This document shows, piece after piece, positions 19,517-29,278 of a stretch of DNA of 64,000 nt. The translations under genes and the position numbers were made by a program. The stretch lies in NCBI GenBank assembly GCA_026396615.1, contig JAPLWK010000008.1:9096-73095 (forward strand), written 5' to 3'. How positions within the stretch are numbered: the stretch's first letter is position 1; each line of letters opens with the position of its first letter. Under the pieces are notes generated by a model. That model did not search any database and was not told the DNA's origin. It was given only the letters and a program-made list of their open reading frames with translations. The stretch comes from a candidate division WWE3 bacterium (GTDB lineage: Bacteria; Patescibacteriota; WWE3; JAPLWK01).

Positions 19517-19742
19517 TTTCTCTCAATAAACTTTCCTCAATTTTCAAAGTACCACCAGTAAGCACTAAGGCACTCTGCCAAAGACTTAAAGTGTTACCAA
19601 CTAATTTCTGCTAACTACAAGTTAGAAGATATTAAACGGTAAAAACGTTATATTAATTATTTGAGAGTTTATTTAATCGTTAAGCTGGTAGGGGACTTAA
19701 GCTAAAAGAAGTTAACTCTCTCAGCTCCATTTCAACTGGAAG

Positions 19743-19776
19743 CACTATAGCATAAGTCATCTATTTTGTCAACTAT
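19743..19776. promoter_or_regulatory. Direct repeat 2 (cactatagcataagtcatctattttgtcaactat)
   Basis: See 19481..19516. Confidence 0.5.
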
Positions 19777-19888
19777 GAGATGCTGGGATTTTCGGTTAGT
19801 ATAGTGTCTGGGCATGCCTGCCCGCCTTTGGAGGGCCCCGCCCTAACTAAATAATCCATAAATTAATATTTCGTTATAGAATTAGAAA

Positions 19889-20128
19889 ATGAAAATGGAC
19901 AAGAAATCTAAAAAAGCTGATCAAATCGGCAATCTTTATCGCGCCGCGCTCTATTTAGCCAAAGATGACGTCGATCAAGCGATCCGATTCATATCTAGTA
20001 ATCCTTATCTCCCTAATCCCCCTTACCACCCCTATCAAATAGAGGAACTTAAAGCAGAACCTAAAACTAGACTTAAATTTGCCGAAAAGCTTCTCGATTT
20101 ATACAAACTCCAACTCCGATTACCCTAA
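19889..20128 (+). CDS. Small hypothetical protein (79 aa)
   Basis: ORF only. Confidence 0.3.
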   Translation: MKMDKKSKKADQIGNLYRAALYLAKDDVDQAIRFISSNPYLPNPPYHPYQIEELKAEPKTRLKFAEKLLDLYKLQLRLP

Positions 20129-20449
20129 ATAATGTACCAACCACGCCATAATCATCACATGACCCCCAAAATAAGTGACAACCATCATGCGGGAAATTAA
20201 TTCGACCACTCTCTCGGAAATAGGTCAAACTATGACAGCTACCTTTTGGATAATTTTATAAAAAATAGCAAAATTAATTAAGCGTAATTCCCTACCCATG
20301 TTTTCAATTTCCAACGAATTCCGGAGGGACTATGACACGGCCTATAGCATGTTTGGGATTTATTAGGAGCAGGTCGTTAATCCTGTGGTACAAATGCACA
20401 CGTCGCAAATCCACCAATTCCCGCAAAGCCAAGTTTTCCACATTTCCAC

Positions 20450-20529
20450 GTCATTCCGGGACAAGACCTGGAATCCAGTAAATCTGATTTATCAATTACT
20501 GGATTCCAGATCGCGGCGTCTGGAATGAC
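20450..20529. mobile_element. Minimal MITE: two inverted hairpin repeats flanking a 17-bp core
   Basis: GTCATTCCGGGACAAGACCTGGAATCCAGTAAATCTGATTTATCAATTACTGGATTCCAGATCGCGGCGTCTGGAATGAC. Confidence 0.75.
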
Positions 20530-20786
20530 AAGTTAGATGACCTACCTTCCCTACTTCGTAGCTATGGAGGAAATTAAAGAACCGCACCATTCTCAGGGGC
20601 ATACGCCCTAAGTGCAGTGCGGAATAAAAGCATCCTGGACAGAGGACACTATTGATATTAATAGTATAAGAACCACCGCCGCCGTCAAGAGGATTTTTAG
20701 TGGTTAGGGCATAGGTTTATGAAGGATAACTAAAATAATAAACAGTGGGGCTGTGGAAATGCTGAGAGATAGATTACTTTAAATAT

Positions 20787-20947
20787 GTCATTCCGGGACA
20801 AGACCTGGAATCCAGTAAATCTAAAAAGGCCAATTTCCAACAATTTGCCTAGAATTGGTAGCGAGCAAGGTGAACGTTCTTTCCAAATTGGATATTGGAA
20901 ATTTTACATCTTGTTTTACTAGATTCCGGCTACGGGGCCGGAATGAC
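20787..20947. mobile_element. MITE-like element (161 bp) with terminal hairpin repeats
   Basis: Left repeat GTCATTCCGGGACAAGACCTGGAATCCAGTAAATC, right repeat TTACTAGATTCCGGCTACGGGGCCGGAATGAC. The core contains AATTGGTAGCGAGCAAGGTGAACGTT, related to the 4285..4570 core. Confidence 0.7.
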
Positions 20948-20954
20948 AAGGAGG

Positions 20955-21974
20955 TTACGGGGTCGCTATTTTTCCAAAGAACATTTTACCAGCTTGCGTT
21001 TGCAGGCTACGAGTGATCTCAATCTCTACATCTTGCCCAACCTGCGATGCTCCGGCTTCAATCACGATCATCGTCCCGTCCTGCAGATAGCCAACGCCTT
21101 GGGTGACGTCTTTACCAACGTTGACAACTTTAATTTGATGTTTTTCTCCTGGAAAAAAGACCGTTCGGAGTCCATTAGCCAGTTCGTTGACGTTTAAGAC
21201 CTTAACGCCATGAGCTTTGGCGACTTTGTTGAGATTAAAATCGACAGTGATGAGTCGCCCTTTTAGGTTCTTAGCCAGAATCACTAGGCGCTTATCGACC
21301 GGGTCATGATCCTCGGCACCGTTGATATTGTTCACAATAGTGGTCCGAATATCTTTATATTTGGTGAGTTCGTTGAGAATCGACAGGCCGTAACGCCCTC
21401 TTTCGCGCTTGAGTTTATCGCTATTATCGGCCAGGTGCTGCAGTTCATCGATGACGCACTGCGGAATAACCAACGGATTTACCCAAAAGCCGCTTTGGAC
21501 GATCGACCAAATCCGGCCGTCAATTAAGGCCGACGTATCAAGGATCCCTGAGTAGAGTCCGCAAAGCTCGTCGAGCTTGGCCTTTTGGGCCGCTTGTGAT
21601 TCTTTTTGGGCCACTCTCATTAAAGCTTCAACTTTCCGCCGTTCCAACCTTTCGGCCTTAGCTTTTTCGGCCAGTCCCCTACTCTCAGTTAAACGCCGGT
21701 TTTGCTCCCTAAAAAATTCGGCCATCGTCTGAGTGATTAAGTGGGTAAAAAAGTTAGTGACAGATGTTCGCAAATAAATAAAGGCATTCGGCAACCACAC
21801 AAAGATTGCCGCCGCCAGCAGTCCCCCAATTATGGTAGGACCTAAATAACGGATATTTAACAAATGAAAATTATTAAATAATAAATTACTAGAGATGTAG
21901 AAGCCAATAAAAAAACCACTCGTTACAGTCACCAAGCGGAATATCAGTAACTTTAATCTAAATTGGAAAACCAC
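20955..21974 (-). CDS. PIN and TRAM domain membrane protein (YacL-like)
   Basis: N-terminal transmembrane helices, a PIN domain, and a C-terminal TRAM-like beta-barrel (KHQIKVVNVGKDVTQGVGYLQDGTMIVIEAGASQVGQDVEIEITRSLQTQAGKMFFG). Confidence 0.6.
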   Translation of the reverse strand: MVFQFRLKLLIFRLVTVTSGFFIGFYISSNLLFNNFHLLNIRYLGPTIIGGLLAAAIFVWLPNAFIYLRTSVTNFFTHLITQTMAEFFREQNRRLTESRGLAEKAKAERLERRKVEALMRVAQKESQAAQKAKLDELCGLYSGILDTSALIDGRIWSIVQSGFWVNPLVIPQCVIDELQHLADNSDKLKRERGRYGLSILNELTKYKDIRTTIVNNINGAEDHDPVDKRLVILAKNLKGRLITVDFNLNKVAKAHGVKVLNVNELANGLRTVFFPGEKHQIKVVNVGKDVTQGVGYLQDGTMIVIEAGASQVGQDVEIEITRSLQTQAGKMFFGKIATP

Positions 21975-22173
21975 TTCTCCATCCTAACACGCTAAAATTA
22001 ATAATTCCTGAAGTTTCGCTGAAATGAAAAAGGACATCTTTATCGGATCAGATAAAAATGTCCTTACGAACTAATGCGCATGAGCGTTACACCAATGGAC
22101 GATGTAGCGCCGGCTACGATTCGACAGTGGAACCCCATCAACATAACGATCCCACCCAAAGAACGACCGAACT

Positions 22174-22545
22174 TTAACCTTTCTTCTTTGGCTTTGGCCC
22201 TGGATTTGGGCAACGTGACGAACCTCCAAAGATCATCACCACAAAAGACGATGTCCCCATGAACGCCGCCACCAATAACATTACGACAAATTCACAACAA
22301 AACACCGTTCCCTCGCCTATGACCTGAAAAGCTTCGTAGAACGCTAATCCGCTGCCACCAATCGAAGAAATAATTAGAGCGACAACAACAGCTACAAAAA
22401 GAGCCGCCACCACAATACTTTCAGATAGCCCACGACCCAAAAGGTAATGGTAAATAAGGCCGAAGACTACCCATAGCAAAACAACATCCAGCACAGGCAA
22501 CACGACGACCCAAAAGCGTCTAGAATTTTCGTTATTTGATGGCAC
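22174..22545 (-). CDS. Small hypothetical membrane protein
   Basis: Three hydrophobic helices. Confidence 0.35.
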   Translation of the reverse strand: MPSNNENSRRFWVVVLPVLDVVLLWVVFGLIYHYLLGRGLSESIVVAALFVAVVVALIISSIGGSGLAFYEAFQVIGEGTVFCCEFVVMLLVAAFMGTSSFVVMIFGGSSRCPNPGPKPKKKG

Positions 22546-22610
22546 TTTCTCTCCTCCTTTTTCGAATTCGAACGATTAATGCGCTGATTATGCCACCTTT
22601 TATCCAATTT

Positions 22611-22757
22611 GTCATTCCGGGACAAGACCTGGAATCCAGTAATAAATTCGATTTTAAATTTTGAAAATTAATCATTAATAATTGATTAAAAATTAAAAAT
22701 TAAAAATTTATTTAAATTAATTTGATTTACTGGATTCTGAATCAAGTTCAGAATGAC
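22611..22757. mobile_element. MITE-like element (147 bp) with terminal hairpin repeats and a very AT-rich core
   Basis: Left repeat GTCATTCCGGGACAAGACCTGGAATCCAGTAA, right repeat TTTACTGGATTCTGAATCAAGTTCAGAATGAC. The core resembles the AT-rich segment at 53330-53425. Confidence 0.8.
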
Positions 22758-24141
22758 GAATGAGGCTTTGCAACGCTTTGTATACGCTCTTATAACCATC
22801 ACTACTCACATTTTTGGTAAATCCCAGCTTCTTGGATTCGTTTAAACGGCGGCTCGCTTGCGGCACTTGACGCAATTCTCCCGAAAGACCAACTTCACCA
22901 AAGACGACCGTTTTGGCGTCAATTGGTTTATTGGCGACACTACTAGCGACGGCCGCGCAGATTGCCAGATCAACCGCTGGTTCCGAGGCGGTAAAGCCGG
23001 AAGCAACATTAATGTAAACGTCTTTGTCTGACGTTTTAACGCCACAGTGACGTTCGAGTACTGCCAGTAGAAGATTGACGCGATTAATGTTAACACCGGA
23101 TGAAGTACGACGAGGGTAACCAAAAGTGGTTTTTTGCGTTAAAGCTTGAATTTCGACGAGAAGTGGCCGCACGCCTTCAAGAGTGACAGTGACCACCGAG
23201 CCGCTCTGGTTAGCCAACCGTTCCCCTAAAAATAAGTCGCTGGGATTGGCGACTTCTTTTAGACCTTTTTCGACCATTTCTAAAACTCCAACCTCAAAAA
23301 CCGCCCCAAAACGGTTTTTAGTGGTTCGTAACAAGCGATAAAAATGCTGGCCATCGCCTTCAAAGCTTAGAACTGTATCCACAATGTGCTCTAATACTTT
23401 GGGACCGGCGATATCGCCGTCTTTTGTAACATGGCCAACGAGGACAGTTGGGATCCCAAGGCGCTTGGCGGCGGCGGTTAACCGAGCCGCACTCTCTCTG
23501 ATTTGAGCGACAGAACCGGCAAAACTGGAAAGTTCCGAAGTCCACATCGTTTGGACGGAGTCGATGATAAGAAGACCTAAGTTTTGACGGGATTCAAGAG
23601 TGGAAATAATATTGTCTACATTAGTTTCCGAGAGGATTTCAATATTTTCCGACAGTGACCCAACCCGTTTGGCCCGCGAGGCAATCTGGCTGGCCGATTC
23701 CTCCCCAGCCACATAAAGCACACTGCCGCTATCACCCATATCCCCCTTATCTCCCTTATCGACTAAACCCCCTATTTTACTGGCGATTTGAATCAACAAC
23801 GTCGACTTTCCAATCCCCGGTTCGCCAGCGAGAAGTACGACCTGCCCCGGCAGCAACCCACCGCCAAGGACCCGATCCACCTCACCAAATCCCGTTGAGA
23901 TCCGATTATAAGTCGTGCTCTTGACTTCGCTGAGTTTAACTGTTGACCCGGCGAGAGCCGATGATTCTGACGCCATGCGACTATTTTTTACTTTTACTGG
24001 AGCTTTAGCGCTTTTAGTCTGCTCTATTAACGTATTCCACTCACCGCATTTTGGGCACTGCCCAGCCCACCGCAGAGACTCGTTGCCGCAATTCTGGCAC
24101 ACAAAAACCGAAGACGATTTCATGAGATTAGTATAGCTCAT
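22717..24141 (-). CDS. radA: DNA repair protein RadA/Sms
   Basis: N-terminal Zn-ribbon CQNCG...CPKCG, Walker A GEPGIGKST, RadA KNRFG motif, Lon-like C-terminal domain. The last 13 codons and the stop lie inside the MITE right repeat. Confidence 0.85.
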   Translation of the reverse strand: MSYTNLMKSSSVFVCQNCGNESLRWAGQCPKCGEWNTLIEQTKSAKAPVKVKNSRMASESSALAGSTVKLSEVKSTTYNRISTGFGEVDRVLGGGLLPGQVVLLAGEPGIGKSTLLIQIASKIGGLVDKGDKGDMGDSGSVLYVAGEESASQIASRAKRVGSLSENIEILSETNVDNIISTLESRQNLGLLIIDSVQTMWTSELSSFAGSVAQIRESAARLTAAAKRLGIPTVLVGHVTKDGDIAGPKVLEHIVDTVLSFEGDGQHFYRLLRTTKNRFGAVFEVGVLEMVEKGLKEVANPSDLFLGERLANQSGSVVTVTLEGVRPLLVEIQALTQKTTFGYPRRTSSGVNINRVNLLLAVLERHCGVKTSDKDVYINVASGFTASEPAVDLAICAAVASSVANKPIDAKTVVFGEVGLSGELRQVPQASRRLNESKKLGFTKNVSSDGYKSVYKALQSLIRHSELDSESSKSN

Positions 24142-24263
24142 TCACAAACCAACCAATCTCCGCCAAAGGCGGATTGATGCCTACTAGACTCGCAAAGCTC
24201 GTCAAGTAGTCAGTCAAAAAAAAGCAGGCGATTGTTATTAAAACTTTCGCCTGCCTTAAAATT

Positions 24264-24587
24264 TTAGAACATCATGCTAACTCTTGTAGACGAATGTCCT
24301 GATAATTTAATGTTTAATTCACAGACGGCAGCGCTGGCGATATTTTGGTACCTAATATCTTTTTTTCCAACCACCAGTTGAATAGTCACACGCCCGTCCC
24401 AGTACGTATTACGGTGCGCTAACACGTGCTTTCGAAGATCTCTGCATGAAAATCTTCCCAAGCCTCGGCCCCCACGAATATTCTGCATTACATTTTCGAC
24501 AATTATGCCTGTCAGCTTCGCGTTTTCGGCCTGCTGACCAGACCAATCTTCGTCCAGACTCTTTGGAACGCCCTTAAATGGCCACAT
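24264..24587 (-). CDS. Hypothetical protein (107 aa)
   Basis: ORF only. Confidence 0.3.
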   Translation of the reverse strand: MWPFKGVPKSLDEDWSGQQAENAKLTGIIVENVMQNIRGGRGLGRFSCRDLRKHVLAHRNTYWDGRVTIQLVVGKKDIRYQNIASAAVCELNIKLSGHSSTRVSMMF

Positions 24588-24748
24588 AGTCTCTCTCCTT
24601 AATTACTTAGTTTTGATCAAGCGCATTATAACCAATTGCCACTATAAGTCAAGGTAAAAACAAAAAAGCCCTCTTGCGAGAGCTCCTTTGTGTGCTTGCA
24701 CCAGATTAGGTGATAGCAGGTCCATCAAACGAAATTATACACTAATCT

Positions 24749-24835
24749 ATCGAGGACGGGGCATGCCCCGTCCCTACACGTATCTGCAGGAGGCCTCCTT
24801 TAGATCTGTAGGGACGACTCATGGGTCGTCCTCAA
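24749..24835. repeat. Structured triple-hairpin repeat (copy B)
   Basis: GGACGGGGCATGCCCCGTCC, AGGAGGCCTCCT and GGGACGACTCATGGGTCGTCC within CCCTACA...TGTAGGG; matches 3733..3830. Confidence 0.8.
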
Positions 24836-25321
24836 ACCAACATTCGAAATAATTCGTATTAATTCGAATCAATTCGCATGATTCATATAAAGTCTTAAAG
24901 GTGGAAAGAACTATATGCCTTACGGGCATTACTCGGCAGTTTAAGCTGACTGCAAAACTGGTCGATCTAGCTGCGTGAGCAAATCTAGATTAAATTCACT
25001 TAAGCGCAACGACTAATACTCTTAAGTGCGAATCTCGGCTAAGGATTGAGCCTATATTCTAGCTAGTCCGTAATCAAAATGATCGCGCGACTTCTCAATC
25101 GTCTCGAAATTCTAAATACTCCCTAGAAAGGAGGTGATCCAGCCCCAGATTCCCCTAGGGCTACCTTGTTACGACTTAAGCCTGATCGCTAGACATAACC
25201 TCCCCCGATAAATCGGGGTTCAGATATCCCTAACTTTCCTGCCTTGACGGGCGGAACCGGGTACTTAGAAGTTTGTCCCGTCCCCACTCCGGCGAGCGGA
25301 TTTCCCGCACCGGGCGAGTCC

Positions 25322-25735
25322 CTATGCTTTTAATGATCTAACTTCTTGTAGTCCTTCGTTGGTTAAGTGCTTTTTGTTTTTAATTAATTCTGCGACTTGG
25401 CAGAACTTCTTAAACTCAAAACGCTTCTTTGCTTGTGGTGGGTAACTTTGAAAATATGGAATTATTTTCTCAGAAATATCCTTAAAATTACTTACTTTTA
25501 ACTTTACGTGCGGTCGCCATTTAGCGTAACGCTCATAATTTAAACGGTAAATATTTCCACAACCAAGAGATTGTTTTATTTCCTGTAAAATCGGTTCGTC
25601 ATCTTCCCGCAGTTCAATCTCAAATATGAGACGAACTTCCGGAAATCTGTCTTTATGATTATTAACAGAAATACTAAAACAACCTTCTCCATCAACGAAT
25701 CCAACTACATAGTTTGGATCTAACATAAGGTTCAT
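25322..25735 (-). CDS. LAGLIDADG homing endonuclease (single-motif type) encoded in 16S intron 1
   Basis: Motif VVGFVDGEGCFSISV near the N-terminus; 137 aa; located inside the insertion near E. coli position 1397. Confidence 0.8.
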   Translation of the reverse strand: MNLMLDPNYVVGFVDGEGCFSISVNNHKDRFPEVRLIFEIELREDDEPILQEIKQSLGCGNIYRLNYERYAKWRPHVKLKVSNFKDISEKIIPYFQSYPPQAKKRFEFKKFCQVAELIKNKKHLTNEGLQEVRSLKA

Positions 25736-26730
25736 CCCTTCATCTCCAGACTACCAAATAAAATACGAAGTAGCAAGAGATTACTATGGACTCAGCTGAC
25801 TTCTCGTAAAGCAATTGCTTCAATCTTTACGAGATCTCTCTGGGTCATTTAGAAAACTGTTCCAGGCATCCGAACGAGAGTCACTTCCTCATGACACACC
25901 ATGAGTCGATTTGACTATCCCTGTCAACGGGATTTCGGCTGCCTTTTGCCTCAGGCCCTCCAGACCAGCGCCTCGCGGCTCTGGACCTGCCATGTTATTT
26001 TCTTGACTACCACATTCAGTTTTCATGAACGTGGGATGGATTTTAACCATCTAGTTTTCTAAACTGCCAGACGCGCAATTAAATTTTTGTGTGCAAGACC
26101 CGAGAACGTATTCACCGCAGTATAGCTGACCTGCGATTACTAGCAACTCCAGCTTCATGAGGGCGAGTTGCAGCCCTCAATCCGAACTAAGGTCCACTTT
26201 TGTGGGATTTGCTCCACCTTACGATTTCGCTTCCCTTTGTAGTGGCCATTGTGGCATGTTTCTAGCCCCAGGCATAAGGGCAATACCGACTTGACGTCAT
26301 CCCCGCCTTCCTCCCTCTTGCGAGGGCAGTTCCACTAGAGTGATACAACTAGTAGTAGGGGTTGCGCTCGTTGACCCACTGAAGGGTACGTCTCACGATA
26401 CGAGCTGACGACAGCCATGCAACACCTGTGATAGCCTTCTTGCGAATTTCCCGCGTTTCTGCGGAATAGGACGCTATCATGTCAAACCTGGGTAAGGTTC
26501 TTCGGTTATCATCGAATTAAAGAACATGCTTCGCTGCTTGTGCGGGTCCCCGCCAATTCCTTTGAGTTTTAAGCTTGCGCTCGTACTTCCCAGGCGGTCG
26601 ACTTAACGCGTTAGCTTCGACGAACAATCCACCTTGCGGCGGGCCATCCATCCAGTCGACATAGTTTACGGCGTGGACTACACGGGTCATCGTGTATTTT
26701 AGCTCCTATTACTAGGAGGATCGGACTATA

Positions 26731-27474
26731 TCATTCACTGAAATGTTTGTGACGACTTTGCTTATCTTTAAGATAAAATCGCACCACTTCTTCCGAAAAA
26801 CCGGAAGACGTAATCACTTCAGAGATCCAGCGTTGCTGAAGAATTGAATCTTTGTATAGAAGCAATACTTTAGGCAACATTTGAGGAACTGGTACATAAG
26901 GAATTATGAGCCTTAAGAATTTTTTTAGTTCTTCTACAGAACTTAAATAAACTCTGCTATAGACCTTATTAACCAACGGGCGATGGACAAATCCAACGCT
27001 CGTGTTAATACCCCAAACGATTTTAAAATATCTTTTAATAATTTCGGCTTCTTTTAAGGAATAGCCATCTGTACAAAAAACCCCTTTGCGTTCCCCAATG
27101 ATAGAACCATCATCAAACCACCAGATTGCCAGAGCAAGTGGGGTTAATTTGTTCAACCATCTTCGGGAAACAAGCTTTTTTTGCCTTTTTGTAACCAAGT
27201 TATAATAACCGGTTAAAACTGGCAAAGCTAAGCTTTGATAACGCAACTTAGGATTCTTACTGTAACCATCAGCTGGTTGCTCCCAACAACAAGAGTCGCT
27301 TGATATTTCCTTAAGTTTAGACATTTTCCACCAAAAATATTCTTTCTGGTTTATTGAATGCCTAAAGGATAATCTCGCGTTTTTGTAATTAGGATTTACA
27401 GCTATTGAGGCATCTCCTAAAAGAGAACCTAAAACCACTGCTTCACATTCTTTTGACAAAGGTGTTAGCTTCAT
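26731..27474 (-). CDS. LAGLIDADG homing endonuclease (double-motif type) encoded in 16S intron 2
   Basis: Motifs VVLGSLLGDASIAV and LAIWWFDDGS; inside the insertion at the 785-806 region. Confidence 0.8.
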   Translation of the reverse strand: MKLTPLSKECEAVVLGSLLGDASIAVNPNYKNARLSFRHSINQKEYFWWKMSKLKEISSDSCCWEQPADGYSKNPKLRYQSLALPVLTGYYNLVTKRQKKLVSRRWLNKLTPLALAIWWFDDGSIIGERKGVFCTDGYSLKEAEIIKRYFKIVWGINTSVGFVHRPLVNKVYSRVYLSSVEELKKFLRLIIPYVPVPQMLPKVLLLYKDSILQQRWISEVITSSGFSEEVVRFYLKDKQSRHKHFSE

Positions 27475-28486
27475 TAAGCTATTTTACACCAACTGTCGTC
27501 AATTCTTCATAGTCTCTACGGGAGTCGCCTTAGGCGACCTTCCCTCGGGATTGACCTAAAATAAATTTAGGGTTTCCCCGATACAGCTGAATGCTCATCT
27601 CGATATCGCTATCGAGAGGGACACCATTCCCCCGATAAAATCGGGGACGGACTATCTAATCCGTTTTGCTCCCCACGCTTTCGTATCTCAGCGTCAGAAA
27701 ATTCCCAGGTAGCTGCCTACGCCTTTGGTGTTCCAAGTGCTCTCAACGCATTTCACTGCTACTGCACTTGTTCCGCTACCCCCTAAATATCTCTAGTCTA
27801 GAAGTATCACAAGCAGTTCCAAGGTTGAGCCTTGGGATTTCACCTGTGACTATCTAAACCGCCTACATAACTCTTTACGCCCAATAAATCCGGATAATGC
27901 TTGGATCCTACGTATGACCGCTGCTGCTGGCACGTAGTTAGCCGATCCTTCTTAACGTCGGTTTACGACCCGAAGGCCTTCATCCCGCACGCGGCGTCGC
28001 TGGGTCAGACTTTCGTCCATTGCCCAAAATTCCCGATTGCTGCCATCCGTAGATGTGGGGGCCGTGTCGCAGTCCCCCTCTGGCTGGTCATCCTCGTGAG
28101 ACCAGCTACCCGTCATAGACTTGGTGGGCCTTTACCCCGCCAACTATCTGATAGGCCGCAGGCTCATCCTAAAGCGGCTTGCGCCTTTACTCTTAACTTT
28201 TTACAGTCAGAGACTATTGGGTATTACCTAATCTTTCGACTAGCTATTCCCATCTTTAGGGTAGATTCCTACGTGTTACTCAGCCGTCTGCCGCTACTTA
28301 AACCCTTGCGGGTCTAAATCGCTCGACTTGCATACCTTAGGCACGCCGCCAGCATTTATCCTGAACCAGGATCAAATTCTCAAAAAAAATTCTTTCCACC
28401 TTTAAAACTTTACTTTATCAATGTGATGTCACTTCAATCACGATTTAGTGACACCTATTTGGTTATCAAGGTGCATACCCTTACTT

Positions 28487-28520
28487 GTCATTCCGGGCTT
28501 GACCCGGAATCCAGTAAACC
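28487..28520. repeat. Solo hairpin repeat copy within the 16S upstream/leader region
   Basis: GTCATTCCGGGCTTGACCCGGAATCCAGTAAACC. Confidence 0.85.
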
Positions 28521-28767
28521 AACAGTCCGAAACATCCTAATTAATCCGAAATGGTATCCGAATTAATCCTAATATCGGACGGGTCTTAAAAACAAATAAA
28601 CCCCAGGTCTGCCCTGCGGTTTTTATGTTTAGCTGTAGTAGTATCCCAAAGGACTTACTAAAAGCGTTTGGTAGAGTTACTTTTAACTTATGCAGGGAGG
28701 TTTGTCAACGGCCAAAAGAGGTGCTAAAGTAGCGCTCATCTGAATACTCAGAAAGAGGAGACAAGAA

Positions 28768-29160
28768 ATGAATAGTTCCTGGTCATATCAACCTATCATG
28801 GACGGCATTATCCGTTATGTAAACGAAAAGGAGTTGCGAAGGCTCGGACTGGAATCTGCTTACGTTCTAACAGTTTCCGCTAACCTAGCAACAGTTAGGT
28901 CTTCCTGTATTGGCATAAGCCCGCTAAATGGACGGGGCTTTTGCGGCAATGTTACTTTCAGAATTAACGGTCGTGACGGTGTTAAAGTGTCGAAAATAGA
29001 AGTCGTTTGGAATGGCTACACTAACACCGAGGTAAGTGGCATTGATAAACCACGCCTCCTAGAGATGCTTCTCAAAGTGGTCGCTTTGCTACCAATGGAT
29101 CTAACCGAACCCGGCTTTTCCAAAAAATGGATGCAGCACCTTAAACAAGCCTGGGAATAA
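28768..29160 (+). CDS. Hypothetical small protein (130 aa)
   Basis: RBS GAGGAG before the ATG; weak similarity to the next ORF (KELRRLGLESAYVL vs DRLRELGARAVSIM). Confidence 0.4.
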   Translation: MNSSWSYQPIMDGIIRYVNEKELRRLGLESAYVLTVSANLATVRSSCIGISPLNGRGFCGNVTFRINGRDGVKVSKIEVVWNGYTNTEVSGIDKPRLLEMLLKVVALLPMDLTEPGFSKKWMQHLKQAWE

Positions 29161-29185
29161 TAAACCACTCTTAGTACACCCGATC

Positions 29186-29225
29186 TTGTTTTAAAAGCAA
29201 TTTCGGGTGTTTTTGTTTGATCTAA
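29186..29225 (+). terminator. Rho-independent terminator (ACACCCGATCTTGTTTTAAAAGCAATTTCGGGTGT plus T-tract), copy 1
   Basis: Identical 35-bp hairpin repeated at 29716-29750. Confidence 0.6.
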
Positions 29226-29278
29226 AAGCCTTAAAGTGCTAAAGTGCGGTCACCAAAACTTTAGAAGGAGAAGATTAA

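Larger units (their letters stand above)
25127..28385 (-). rRNA. rrs: 16S rRNA gene interrupted by two large insertions (introns) encoding LAGLIDADG endonucleases
   Basis: 3' end: complement of AAGTCGTAACAAGGTAGCC...GGATCACCTCCTTTCT at 25127-25190. 5' end: complement of GAGAATTTGATCCTGGTTCAGG at about 28360-28385. Conserved exon blocks GCGGTGAATACGTTC, GTTTACGGCGTGGACTAC and GGATTAGATA-equivalents are present. Exon total is about 1.45 kb; the insertions lie at about 25255-26087 and 26686-27652. Confidence 0.9.

Noticed and set aside
25196-27650. Shared hairpin CCCCCGATAAA(A)TCGGGG at 25204-25222 and 27631-27650 as an intron recognition element
   Set aside because: The first copy maps to the tip of 16S helix 44 (exon) and the second to the edge of intron 2. 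Short GC stems with AU loops can recur by chance, so the evidence is too thin to call a functional relationship.
27666-28317. Track ORFs 27666..27857 and 27901..28317 (+)
   Set aside because: Inside the 16S rRNA exon sequence on the antisense strand.
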